From contig JASFLY010000008.1 of NCBI GenBank assembly GCA_050117845.1, positions 1-64,000 on the forward strand: a stretch of 64,000 bases of DNA, given 5' to 3'. Origin of the DNA: Candidatus Zixiibacteriota bacterium. GTDB taxonomy: Bacteria > RBG-13-66-14 > B26-G2 > WVWN01. The position numbers were made by a program, and so were the translations under genes. Below, piece by piece: positions 49,420 through 59,301 of the stretch; within the stretch, counting starts at the first letter, position 1; each line of letters starts with the position of its first letter. The notes beneath the pieces are model-generated. The model ran no database searches. It saw only the letters and a program-made list of their open reading frames with translations, and was not told where the DNA came from.

Positions 49420-51648
49420 TTACCGGTCGCCCCTCAGCGCGGCGAAGGCCGCGTGGGCCGCGTCGTCGTACGGGTCCAGCGCGAGGGCCTGCTCGGCCGC
49501 GTACGCCCCGGCGGCCGCGTTGCCCGATTCCAGCTCGAGCCAGGTCAGGCCGTCCCAGGCGCCGACGAGGCGCGGGCAGAGCTCGAGGGCCCGGATGAAG
49601 TTCTCGCGGCCGGCGTCCATCTCCTTGGCCTGATAATGCTCGACGCCGGCGTTGTAATATTCCAGCGCCCGGTCGATGTCCTCGTACACCTTAACGGAGA
49701 AGTCCTCGTCGTAGTAGCCGTCCTTCTCCGCCGGGCCCGCGAACAACGGCGACGGCGGCCCGAGGTCCGGCCCCTCCCGGCCGGGAACGCCCACCAGGAA
49801 GACCCGCCACGATACCGTCTCGAAGACCGGCGCGAAGTGCTCGAGCTCGGCCGGTTCGAACTGCATTTTATAGGCGCACGAGTCCGCCCGCACCCGCGTT
49901 ATCGCCCGGGCGTAGCGCATCGAGTCGGGATCGTTTTTAACGATATAGGCGGCGTGGTAGGCCACGTACGTGACGTCGTATTTCTCGCATACGCCGTAAA
50001 ATCCTTCCTCGTCGCCGTAAAGCGCCTGGTAGCACTCGTTGACCTTGGCTCGCATCCCCGGGGCCTCGTATATGGGGTGGAGTACGATGGGCGTGCCGGC
50101 GAAGGCCAGAAGCGCCGCCGAGGCCGGGAAGGGCCCCAGGACCGCCGTCTCCGTCCGGTCCGGCTGGAAGCCGAACCATCGGATGATCCGCCATTCCTCG
50201 TCGCCGACGTTGGAGGCGTAGCCGCCCTCGCCGGACGCGGCCGCCTCCAGCAGGGCGGTCCAGGGTTGGGGGCGGCTCTCGTACCGGGCGGCCTTGATGC
50301 CCTCGAAAGGCAATAGCACCGCCGGGATGAGGAGCCACGCCAACGCCCGGCGGCCGGGGCGGGCCAGGCCGGCGTACCCCGCGGCCCAGGCCGCGACGAA
50401 GAACGCCAGCACGACCATGAAACGGGTATACCCGGAGAAGAGCAGCGCGAAGACGACGGAGAAAACGATCGTGGCCGCGCCGAAGGCCCCGGCGGCGGGG
50501 TCGCGCAGGCCCCGCAAGAATTCCTTGACGTATTTGACGAGCGGCGGCAGGGCGATAACGAGCGGCAGCACCAGCACCGCCGCGGCCGAGGCCCACGTCG
50601 GCGAGTTGGCCGGCCCCGTCCATATCTCCCGGGCCGCGAGGGGGAGCAGGTTCGGGTCGGCCGGCTTGACGCCCATGTACCGGATCTTGTAGAAGATCAT
50701 CGTGTAGATGTGGGAGTACTCGCCGGCGGCGGCGAAGGGCCGCCCCGCGCCGTAAGCCACGCCGAAGATGACGCCCAGCGCCACCAGCCGCTGCCACCAC
50801 TTGAGCCGCCACTTCCAGGCCGCGAGCGCCGTGGCCGCCACCGCGCACGCGAGCGCGAACGACGGCGACGCCAGGAAAACTTTCTCGCGCAGGGCCGGGT
50901 GGATATAGGCGACGAGGGCCGCGGCGCCGAGCGCGGCGGCCGCCCGCCCCACGCCCCGGCTGTCCTTCGAGACAAGGACCGTCGCCGCCAGCGGCAGCGT
51001 CGCGAAGAAGTAGAGGAAGGACGACGCGTGCCAGCTGATGAGCGCGAGCGCGAAGGCCGCGACCGCCGGCGGTATCCAGCGCCAGCTTCCCCCCTCGACG
51101 AGGCGGGTCTGGCAGTAGAGCGCGAAGAAGAAGACCGGCAGGACGAAATCCTCCCGGAGGTAGTTGCCGCAGGTTCTAAGGTAGATAACGAGGGAGAGGC
51201 CGTATACCAGCGCGGCCAACAGGCCCCCCGGCCTGGACCTGAAGGTCCGCCGGCCCCACAGGTAAACCAGGAAGAGCGTGAGCGAACTCCACAGCGAAAC
51301 GTGCCAGCGCAGGAAGTTCTGCGGTTGCATCTCGCCGAGGAGGGGTCTGAGGATGCGGTACGATACGCCGATGAAGGCGTCCTGCGTCAAGAAAAACGCT
51401 CGCCGCACGTCTACGCCCTCGGGCCACTGGGCGGCGCGGTCGAGCGCCGGGATCTCTTCGCCCAGCGCATACATCCGTACGTAGCGGAAGCGGAAGGCCG
51501 GGTCGGACGCGAGGTACATGTCCGGCGGCCAGTGGTACAGCTTCAGCGAGACCACCGCGACGTATAGCGCCACGAGCGCGACGCCGGTGTAAAGCACCGG
51601 CCGGCGAGAGAGGAATTCCCGTATGGCTGCGAGTCGGCTCAAAATCAT
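49420..51648 (-). CDS. GT-C glycosyltransferase, DPY19/STT3-like, with C-terminal TPRs
   Basis: ASDPAFRFRY, DRAAQWPEG, YLREDF, ISWHAS, PIVLHPIYE and HFAPVFE motifs; no WWDxG. Confidence 0.75.
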   Translation of the reverse strand: MILSRLAAIREFLSRRPVLYTGVALVALYVAVVSLKLYHWPPDMYLASDPAFRFRYVRMYALGEEIPALDRAAQWPEGVDVRRAFFLTQDAFIGVSYRILRPLLGEMQPQNFLRWHVSLWSSLTLFLVYLWGRRTFRSRPGGLLAALVYGLSLVIYLRTCGNYLREDFVLPVFFFALYCQTRLVEGGSWRWIPPAVAAFALALISWHASSFLYFFATLPLAATVLVSKDSRGVGRAAAALGAAALVAYIHPALREKVFLASPSFALACAVAATALAAWKWRLKWWQRLVALGVIFGVAYGAGRPFAAAGEYSHIYTMIFYKIRYMGVKPADPNLLPLAAREIWTGPANSPTWASAAAVLVLPLVIALPPLVKYVKEFLRGLRDPAAGAFGAATIVFSVVFALLFSGYTRFMVVLAFFVAAWAAGYAGLARPGRRALAWLLIPAVLLPFEGIKAARYESRPQPWTALLEAAASGEGGYASNVGDEEWRIIRWFGFQPDRTETAVLGPFPASAALLAFAGTPIVLHPIYEAPGMRAKVNECYQALYGDEEGFYGVCEKYDVTYVAYHAAYIVKNDPDSMRYARAITRVRADSCAYKMQFEPAELEHFAPVFETVSWRVFLVGVPGREGPDLGPPSPLFAGPAEKDGYYDEDFSVKVYEDIDRALEYYNAGVEHYQAKEMDAGRENFIRALELCPRLVGAWDGLTWLELESGNAAAGAYAAEQALALDPYDDAAHAAFAALRGDR

Positions 51649-51774
51649 TTTCCTAAATCAATAGGCGGAGTGTAGCATAGTGGCATGGCGCCTTCAAGGC
51701 GGCAAATCCCGCCGGCCTCCCCCCTCCCCCCCCCGGGCCCCGCGGCCCATCGGCCCGGGGGCGGCGATTAATGG

Positions 51775-51803
51775 TTGACACCGGCCCGCCGCCAACATAT
51801 TAT
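51775..51803 (+). promoter_or_regulatory. Sigma70 promoter for trxA
   Basis: TTGACA-17 nt-TATTAT. Confidence 0.75.
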
Positions 51804-51870
51804 AGGGGAAAGCTCCATCGCAACCAGGCACGACGCGGCCTGATTTTAGCCGCGCAGGAGGTATACCAGC

Positions 51871-52197
51871 ATGGCGGATAATATCCACGAATTCACGGAC
51901 GGAAACTTCGACGGCGAAGTGTTGCAATCCGACAAGCCGGTCCTTATAGATTTCTGGGCGGAGTGGTGCGTTCCGTGCAAGATGATCGCTCCGGCCATCG
52001 AGGAAGTCGCGAACGACAACGCCGACGCGCTGAAAGTCGGCAAGGTCAACGTCGACAACAGCCCGGCGATCGCGTCCAAATACGGCATCCGGTCCATCCC
52101 GACGGTCATGATATTCAAGGGCGGCCAGGTGGCCGAGAAGGTCGTCGGCGCCGTCTCGAAGGACACCATCCAGGAACTGGTCGACAAGGTCAAGTAG
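51871..52197 (+). CDS. trxA: Thioredoxin
   Basis: DFWAEWCVPCK, YGIRSIPT, FKGG; AGGAGG RBS. Confidence 0.95.
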   Translation: MADNIHEFTDGNFDGEVLQSDKPVLIDFWAEWCVPCKMIAPAIEEVANDNADALKVGKVNVDNSPAIASKYGIRSIPTVMIFKGGQVAEKVVGAVSKDTIQELVDKVK

Positions 52198-52231
52198 GCC
52201 CGGCCTCTTCCCGGCGATAATACCGTAGCCA

Positions 52232-52268
52232 CAATCCCCGTCGCTGCCAAAGCGGCGGGGTTTTTGTT
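52232..52268 (+). terminator. Intrinsic terminator after trxA
   Basis: ccccgtcgct...agcggcgggg followed by a T-run. Confidence 0.65.
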
Positions 52269-52528
52269 GTGTGGGTGGGTTGGCGTAAATTATAGGTTAA
52301 TATTTTTTTATACCAAACCGAAGGGCGTTGTGATATTTTACCTTTGGGAAGGTGGAAGGTGACAGAATAATAAACGAGACCCGACGCTCGCCGTGCCCCT
52401 GATGGGGGACGGGCGGCGGGGGTTTAGGCTAACTCCGTTTCGCGCGTTGTTTAAATAATAGGCTGGCGCGGTCGATTAACAAGGAACCAGTTAGGAACCC
52501 ACGGCGGGAAATACCGGAAGGACGAGAT

Positions 52529-54397
52529 ATGCGGGTAACCGAATTCCGTATTAAGAATTACAAGTCGATAATAGACACCGGGTGGTGCGAATTAGCGAAA
52601 GATATCACGGTTTTAGCCGGGAAGAACGAAGCCGGAAAGACAGCCGTTTTAGAAGCGTTGAGGGATTTCGACCCGAGGATAGAAGAAATAAGCGCTGAAG
52701 CATACCCTAAGCACAGGCAAGGGGTGCCGGAAATAGGAATTAAACTCGAAACGGGGAGAGAAGAAATCGATAGAATATTAAACGGGGCCGATCTGAACGT
52801 CGATTATAAAGCAGCGAAAGAAATAGCGGCCAAAGGGATAGTAATCTGCAGAGACCCGGACGGTTATTATTTAACTAACGATACTATTATTGGGGGGCTT
52901 TCCTTTAAGGAAGAGCACGAAAACAGTGCTTATAGAGACAGTATCCTTAGTTTGACTAATCTGATTAATTCTATTTATAGTAAATACGGTAGGCATTTCG
53001 AAATAGAATTAGGTGAAACGAAAGAAGAAGCCAGGAATGCGGTTACTCAAACAGTATTCCCTTTAAAAAGCCAGTTGACTATCATACCTGATATAGGGGA
53101 AAGAAATCGCGCGAATATTCTATTCGAAAAACTCGAAGGTTTCCTAGATACCAAAGAAAGCGAAAACGAAGACGCGCACGGAAAATTCGCGACGGCGGTA
53201 GCAGAAAATATCCCTAAGGTCGTATTCTTTAGTACCTTCGACGATATTTTGCCCGATGAGATAAGCTTGGAAAAAGCCTCTAATACCGAAATTGTATTAG
53301 ATTTCGCAAAAATTGCTGGGCTTGATTTCGATTCGGTTAGAAGAACTGACGACGCCCAAGATAAGCGTAATTTATTCAGCAAGGCTTCGGCAAAATTGTC
53401 CGGTTATTTCGGGGGTTTTTACACGCAAAGCAATGTAGAAATAACGGCAGAGTTAGAAGTCGATACTATAAGGTTTTGGGTAGTGGAAGAGGGTGGCCCT
53501 ACGCATTATAAAACCACGCAACGGAGTAAAGGTTTCCAGTGGTTTTTATCTTTCTTCTTACGTTTGCGCGCGAGAGGAGGCGAAGATAATATGATATTAA
53601 TCGATGAGCCGGGTTTATATCTCCACGCGAAAGCTCAACAAGACGTTTTAAAAGTACTAACGAAAACCGCTACTAACGGCCAATTAATATATAGTACGCA
53701 TTCGCCCTATCTCATCGACGCAGGCCGCTTAGATAGGGTTAGATTATTGGTTAATAAGAAAGATATTGGTTCTGAAATAATAAACGAAATACATAAAGAA
53801 GCGGACCAAGAAACTCTAACGCCAATTTTGACTGCGATAGGCTTAGATTTAACTTTCGGTTTGAATTTATTCGGGGATTTCAACGTAGTTACTGAAGGCC
53901 CGTCTGATTATTATTACCTATTGAGTTTCAAGAACATCCTTAAAGAACGGGGGGATTTTAGTATTATACCCTGTATGGGTGGTACTAAGACTCCTCATTT
54001 AGTATCGCTTTTAATAGGATGGGGTTTTAATTATTGTGTTGTATTGGATAACGATCCAACCGGCAAGAGAGTTAGTAACCAGATGCAGAAAAGACTCCCC
54101 GTTGAAGGGGAACGATTCGTATTCGCTGGCCCGATTGTAGGTGATTCGATAGAAGATTTATTCGCTATTGAAGACTTTAAAAAATACGTTCTCGAGGACG
54201 ATACCGTTAAAATCGCGAAAGGTAAAATATCTGGATTCCTGAAAGCTAGCAATATAAAAAAAGTCTTAATTGCAAAACGGTTTTTCGAAAAAACATTAAA
54301 AAACGGCCGTAAAATAAAACTTACACAAGAAACGAAAGCGAACTTCGCCGGCCTCCTGGGTCAGGTCCTCGCGGTAAAGAAAAAGTACAAACGTTGA
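52529..54397 (+). CDS. OLD-family ATP-dependent nuclease (ABC ATPase plus TOPRIM), AT-rich
   Basis: IKNYKSI, GKNEAGKT, RSKGFQW, LIDEPGLYLH, STHSPY, TEGPSD, LDND and IEDLF motifs. Confidence 0.85.
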   Translation: MRVTEFRIKNYKSIIDTGWCELAKDITVLAGKNEAGKTAVLEALRDFDPRIEEISAEAYPKHRQGVPEIGIKLETGREEIDRILNGADLNVDYKAAKEIAAKGIVICRDPDGYYLTNDTIIGGLSFKEEHENSAYRDSILSLTNLINSIYSKYGRHFEIELGETKEEARNAVTQTVFPLKSQLTIIPDIGERNRANILFEKLEGFLDTKESENEDAHGKFATAVAENIPKVVFFSTFDDILPDEISLEKASNTEIVLDFAKIAGLDFDSVRRTDDAQDKRNLFSKASAKLSGYFGGFYTQSNVEITAELEVDTIRFWVVEEGGPTHYKTTQRSKGFQWFLSFFLRLRARGGEDNMILIDEPGLYLHAKAQQDVLKVLTKTATNGQLIYSTHSPYLIDAGRLDRVRLLVNKKDIGSEIINEIHKEADQETLTPILTAIGLDLTFGLNLFGDFNVVTEGPSDYYYLLSFKNILKERGDFSIIPCMGGTKTPHLVSLLIGWGFNYCVVLDNDPTGKRVSNQMQKRLPVEGERFVFAGPIVGDSIEDLFAIEDFKKYVLEDDTVKIAKGKISGFLKASNIKKVLIAKRFFEKTLKNGRKIKLTQETKANFAGLLGQVLAVKKKYKR

Positions 54398-54474
54398 GGT
54401 TATCGATTAATCGGTTTAAATACGGCTCGAAGGGGCCCGCGAGTTAGCCTAACTGCACGATTAGGTAATCCCTC

Positions 54475-55020
54475 GTATTCGACCGCCACAAACACCACCG
54501 CCGGTCCGTCCGCCTCCGCGGTTACGATTATTCGTGGCCGGGGGCGTATTACGTGACCATCTGCACCTACGGCCGGGAATGCGTGTTCGGCGCCGTCCGC
54601 GGCCGAGCGGCCCGGTTGAACGAATACGGCCGCGTCGCCCGCGACGAATGGTTGCGTTCGGCGGCGGTGCGGGATGAAATCGAATTGGACGCGTTCGTGA
54701 TAATGCCGAACCACGTCCACGGCATCGTCATCATCACCGGCGACCCGGTGGTAGGGGCGACCGGCCGGTCGCCCCTACATGATACCGCCGGCCGACCGCG
54801 GGGGCCGGCCAAACGTTCGTTATCGTCGTTCATCGGCGGATACAAACCCGCCGTCACCCGCCGCGTCAACGCGCTACGCGATTCGCCGGGGGCGCGGGTG
54901 TGGCAACGCAATTATTACGAACACATAATCCGGGACGACGACGAATTAGGCCGCATCCGCGGTTACATGATAACGAACCCCGGCCGCTGGGCCGACGACG
55001 AATATTATATAAATACGTAG
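54475..55020 (+). mobile_element. REP-associated tyrosine transposase (RAYT, Y1/HUH); 5' start unclear
   Basis: HHRRSVRLRGYDYS..GAYYVTICT, MPNHVHGI (HUH), WQRNYYEHIIR, YMITNP (Tyr). REP in frame at 54751-54778 and over the stop at 55017-55044. Confidence 0.9.
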
Positions 55021-55111
55021 GGACGCACCGCCGTGCGCCCGTACAATATAATGCCCCGCGAATTTTTGATTGCGCCCGTCCGGGCGTTTTATTATTATGC
55101 AATATCCGACG

Positions 55112-57454
55112 ATGAACGCGAATAAAGAAAAACAGGCTATCCTGGCGCAGTCGGCGGTCCTGGCGCGGCGGTGGGGTTTGCGGATCGACCCGGAGGAACT
55201 CGCCCGGGTGTGGGAACTGCTGGACCGTCCCCCCACCAAGGTGGAGGGCTACCTCTTCGACGTGGCCTGGTCCGAGCACTGCTCGTACAAATCGAGCAAG
55301 CGCATACTCCGCCGCTACCTCCCGACGCGCGCGCCCAACGTCGTCTGCGGCCCCGGGCAGGACGCCGGCATCGTCCGCGTCTTCCGGGAGGGCGGCAAGT
55401 CGTACTGCGTGGCCGTCGCGCACGAGAGCCACAACCACCCGTCGCAGGTCCTCCCGCTGGAGGGCGCGGCCACGGGCATCGGCGGCATCGTCCGGGACGT
55501 CTATTGCATGGGGGCCGAGGTCGTGGCGGCGCTGGACCCCCTGCGCTTCGGCTCGACGAAGGGCGATAACGCCAAACGCAGCCAGGCCATCGCTCGCGGC
55601 GTGGTGGAGGGCATCTGGCGCTACGGGAACGCGATAGGCGTTCCCAACGCCGGCGGCGACGTCTACTTCGATTCCGGCTTCGACGAGAACTGCCTCGTGA
55701 ACGTCGTGGCGATAGGCGTGGTCGAGGAGGACGCCGTCGTCCCGAGCAGCGTCCCGCCCCAGGCCCGCGACCAGCACTACGTCATCATCCTCGTCGGCAA
55801 ACCGACCGACGACTCCGGCGTGGGCGGCGCGTCGTTCGCCTCCGCCGTGCTGGACGAGGAAGAGGACGTGGAGAACAAGGCCGCGGTGCAGGTCCCGGAC
55901 CCCTTCCTGAAACGGGTCCTCGCGGTCGCGATGAAGGAAATGTTCGGCCGTGCCCGGGAGAAGGGCGTCGCGCTCGGCGTCAAGGACCTCGGCGCCGGGG
56001 GCCTCGGCGGCGCGGCCTCCGAGCTATGCGCGGCCGGCCGCATCGGCGGCACCATCGACCTCGACAAGGTCCCCCGGGCCATCGAGGACCTCGACCCGGC
56101 CATAGTCGCCGTGGGCGAGACGCAGGAGCGCTACGTCATCGCCGCGCCGGCCTTCTTCGCCGACGAAATCCTGGCCATTTTCAACGACGAATTCGAGATC
56201 CCGCGGGTCTTCCCGGGCGCCCAGGCCGTCGTCATCGGCGAGGTCATGGAGGAGAAATACTTCCGTTTGACGTCGCGGGGCGAGGTCGTGGCCGAGGTCC
56301 CGCTGGAGGTCGTGTCCACCGCGCCCAGCTACCGCCGGGAGGCCCAGGCGCCGGCGGCCCCGCTGGAGTTCGTGCGGCTCAAGCCCCCGCAGTACCTGGC
56401 CGAGACCCTTCTTAATCTGCTCGAGGCGCCGAACGTCTGTTCGCGCCGGCCGCTCTACGAGCATTACGACCGCAACGTTCAGGGCCACACCGTCGTCGAG
56501 GCGGGCGAGGCCGACGCCGCGGTCCTCGCGCCGTGGCCCGGCAAGAGCGCCGGCATCGCGCTCGCCTGCGACGGCAACCCCTATATCGGCGAACTCGACC
56601 CCTACGCCGGCGGGGCCCACGCCGTGCTCGAGGCCTGCCGCAACGTCGTCGCCGTGGGCGGCACGCCGGTCGCGGTAACAGACTGCCTCAACTTCGGCAA
56701 CCCCGAGGACCCGAAGGTCTTCTGGACCTTCGAGGAGGCCGTCCGCGGCATCGGCGACGCGTGCCGGGGGTTGGGACTGCGCGGCACCGACGCGCCCCTT
56801 CCGGTCGTGTCCGGGAACGTTTCCTTCTACAACGAGTCCGCCCGCGGCGTCGCCATCAAGCCGTCGCCCATAGTGTGCGTTATAGGTTTCCTGGAGGACT
56901 ACGCCCTCGCAGTAACGTCGCAGTTCCAGGAGGCCGGGAACCCGGTCTACCTCGTGGGCCGGCGATGGGGCGAGCTCGGCGGCAGCCAGTACTACCAGCT
57001 CCGCGGCCGACTGGGTTGGCCGGCGCCGATGCCCCGCTTCGGCGAGGAACGCCAGATGCATGAGGCGGTGCTGGAGCTTATCGAGACGAAGTGCCTGGCC
57101 GCGGCGCACGACATCGCCGACGGCGGCCTGGCGGTTTGCCTGGCCGAGATGGCGGTCCGCCCCACGGAAGGGCCGGGCCTCGGCTGCGAGGTCGACATAA
57201 GCCCGGCCATGGGCTCCACGCCGCCGGACGGGGTGCTCTTCTGCGAGAACGGCGGCTTCGTGCTCGAAGTGCGGCGCGGTTCCGTGGAGGCGGCGGAACT
57301 CATCCTGAATAACGCCGGCGTCGACTGGTGGCGCGTGGGCGAGGTCAAGACCGAACCCAAGCTGACGATACGCGAACGAGAGGCCGTCTTCATCGAGCTG
57401 TCCACGGCCGACGTGGCCGAGGCCCGGGGCGAAGTCCTTAAAGGATATTTTTAG
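55112..57454 (+). CDS. purL: Phosphoribosylformylglycinamidine synthase subunit PurL
   Basis: WSEHCSYKSS, ESHNHPS, GAATGIGGIVRD, DLGAGG, DCLNFGNP, SGNVSFYN, HDIADGG. Confidence 0.96.
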   Translation: MNANKEKQAILAQSAVLARRWGLRIDPEELARVWELLDRPPTKVEGYLFDVAWSEHCSYKSSKRILRRYLPTRAPNVVCGPGQDAGIVRVFREGGKSYCVAVAHESHNHPSQVLPLEGAATGIGGIVRDVYCMGAEVVAALDPLRFGSTKGDNAKRSQAIARGVVEGIWRYGNAIGVPNAGGDVYFDSGFDENCLVNVVAIGVVEEDAVVPSSVPPQARDQHYVIILVGKPTDDSGVGGASFASAVLDEEEDVENKAAVQVPDPFLKRVLAVAMKEMFGRAREKGVALGVKDLGAGGLGGAASELCAAGRIGGTIDLDKVPRAIEDLDPAIVAVGETQERYVIAAPAFFADEILAIFNDEFEIPRVFPGAQAVVIGEVMEEKYFRLTSRGEVVAEVPLEVVSTAPSYRREAQAPAAPLEFVRLKPPQYLAETLLNLLEAPNVCSRRPLYEHYDRNVQGHTVVEAGEADAAVLAPWPGKSAGIALACDGNPYIGELDPYAGGAHAVLEACRNVVAVGGTPVAVTDCLNFGNPEDPKVFWTFEEAVRGIGDACRGLGLRGTDAPLPVVSGNVSFYNESARGVAIKPSPIVCVIGFLEDYALAVTSQFQEAGNPVYLVGRRWGELGGSQYYQLRGRLGWPAPMPRFGEERQMHEAVLELIETKCLAAAHDIADGGLAVCLAEMAVRPTEGPGLGCEVDISPAMGSTPPDGVLFCENGGFVLEVRRGSVEAAELILNNAGVDWWRVGEVKTEPKLTIREREAVFIELSTADVAEARGEVLKGYF

Positions 57455-57491
57455 CTAACGTTCCCCGCGCGGCGGGTTAAGGAATAATATA

Positions 57492-58274
57492 GTGTCACCA
57501 CGTAAAAAGCCCAAGATAGCGGTAGTCCAGTTCCCGGGCGTGAACTGCGAGTTCGAGACGGCCCGGGCGATAGAGGCCGCCGGCGGCCTGGCGGAGGTCG
57601 TGCGCTTCAACCTCCCCGCGGAGGAGATACGGCGCTACGACGGCTACGCCCTGCCCGGCGGCTTCGCCTACGAGGACCGCGTCCGCGCCGGGGCCGTCGC
57701 CGCCAAGGACGCCGTCGTCGACGTCCTGGCGGGGGAGGCCGGCCGGGGCAAACCGCTGCTCGGGATTTGCAACGGCGCGCAGGTGCTTGTCGAGGCCGGC
57801 CTGGTGCCGGGGCGCCAACCGGGCCACGTCGAGATGGCGCTCGCCCACAACCGCCACCCCTACCATACAGGCTTCCTCAACCGCTGGGTATTCTGCCGGC
57901 ACGAGGAGTCGGGCGACGTGCTGCCGCTCCCCATCGCGCACGGCGAGGGCCGCTTCGCCTGCGGCGACGACGATACGCTGGCCGCGGTGGAGGAGGGGGA
58001 CAAGGTTTACCTCCGCTACGTCGACGAGGCCGGCGATACGGCCGGCGGGGAAGACAACCCCAACGGCTCGGCGCTGGACGCCGCCGGCATCAGTTCGTTC
58101 ACGGCCCCGGCGATAGCGATAATGCCCCACCCGGAGCGCGCGAGCTGGCTCTTCCAGCTGCCGCGTTACCTGGAGGGGCCCTGGGGCCTCAAGCGCCGCC
58201 GGGCCGCCGGCAAGGAATTGCTCGAGGCGGGGCCGGGGCGTCGCGTTTTCGAAGACTTTTTAAAGCTCGTCTAA
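57492..58274 (+). CDS. purQ: Phosphoribosylformylglycinamidine synthase subunit PurQ
   Basis: FPGVNC, PGGFAYED, GICNG, PIAHGEG, NPNGS, MPHPER. Confidence 0.95.
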   Translation: MSPRKKPKIAVVQFPGVNCEFETARAIEAAGGLAEVVRFNLPAEEIRRYDGYALPGGFAYEDRVRAGAVAAKDAVVDVLAGEAGRGKPLLGICNGAQVLVEAGLVPGRQPGHVEMALAHNRHPYHTGFLNRWVFCRHEESGDVLPLPIAHGEGRFACGDDDTLAAVEEGDKVYLRYVDEAGDTAGGEDNPNGSALDAAGISSFTAPAIAIMPHPERASWLFQLPRYLEGPWGLKRRRAAGKELLEAGPGRRVFEDFLKLV

Positions 58275-58291
58275 GAGAAGAGGTAAGGATT

Positions 58292-59230
58292 ATGAGAGCG
58301 CTGGTTACGGGCGGTGCGGGGTTTATAGGCCGCCACCTGGTCGGCTGGCTGTTGGGCCGAGGGTGCGACGTACTCGCGCTCGACAACCTGTCGAACGGCT
58401 CGGCCGGCAACCTGGAGGAGTTCGGGGGCGAGGCCGGGTTCGCCGGCCTCCTCGAGGGGGACGTGTGCGACGAGGACATCTGGGCCAGCCTGACCGGCCA
58501 ACGCTTCGACAGCATCTACCACCTCGCGGCCGCCATCAACGTCCAGGACTCCATCGACGACCCGGCCCGGACGTTCAACTCCGACGTCGTCGGGACCTTC
58601 CGGGCCCTCGAGTTCGCCCGGGCGCAGAACAGCCGCTTTATCTATATCTCGACCTGCCTGGTTTACGCGCCGGCGGTGGACGGCACGCCCATCACCGAGC
58701 GTTACCCCACGCGCCCCGCTTCCCCCTACGCCGCGGCCAAGCTGGCGGGCGAGAACCTGACCCTCTCCTATTACCACGCTTACGGCCTGCACGCCCTCAT
58801 CCTTCGCCCTTTCAACACCTACGGCCCCTACCAGCGGACCGACGGCGAGGGCGGCGTCGTCGTAACGTTCCTGAATCAATACTTGAAGGGCGAGCCGCTG
58901 GTCGTCTTCGGCGACGGCCGCCAGACGCGCGACCTCCTTTACGTCGACGATTGCGCCGACCTCATAGGCAGGGCCGGCGAGTCGAACGCCGCCGGGTCCG
59001 TCATCAACGGCGGCCTGGGTCAGGAAATAGAGATTCGCAACCTGGCCCGCAAGATAGCGGGGAACGAGGACGGCGTAAAATTCGCCGCGCATCCCCACTC
59101 CCAGGCCGAAGTGTGGCGGCTGGTTTGCGACAACGCCAAGGCGGCCCAACTCCTCGACTGGCGGCCCACCACCTCCCTCGACGAGGGCATCGCCAGGACG
59201 CGCGCGTGGATGGAAGAGCGTATAGGCTGA
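58292..59230 (+). CDS. NAD-dependent sugar epimerase/dehydratase
   Basis: MRALVTGGAGFIG, YAAAK, RPFNTYGP, GDGRQTRD. Confidence 0.92.
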   Translation: MRALVTGGAGFIGRHLVGWLLGRGCDVLALDNLSNGSAGNLEEFGGEAGFAGLLEGDVCDEDIWASLTGQRFDSIYHLAAAINVQDSIDDPARTFNSDVVGTFRALEFARAQNSRFIYISTCLVYAPAVDGTPITERYPTRPASPYAAAKLAGENLTLSYYHAYGLHALILRPFNTYGPYQRTDGEGGVVVTFLNQYLKGEPLVVFGDGRQTRDLLYVDDCADLIGRAGESNAAGSVINGGLGQEIEIRNLARKIAGNEDGVKFAAHPHSQAEVWRLVCDNAKAAQLLDWRPTTSLDEGIARTRAWMEERIG

Positions 59231-59301
59231 TTCCTATCCTATTCCGATAAATGACGCCGGCGCCCGTGGGGCGCCGGTTTTTTATGCGTATTCGACGGGT
59301 C

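Noticed and set aside
51871..52197. WCVPC instead of WCGPC in thioredoxin
   Set aside because: CxPC variants are common; the protein is otherwise ordinary.
52270..52528. Possible ncRNA upstream of the OLD nuclease
   Set aside because: Only one imperfect hairpin (about 52378-52424) and no recognisable family features.
55112..58274. purS missing beside purL/purQ
   Set aside because: purS is often encoded elsewhere; this cannot be judged from one window.
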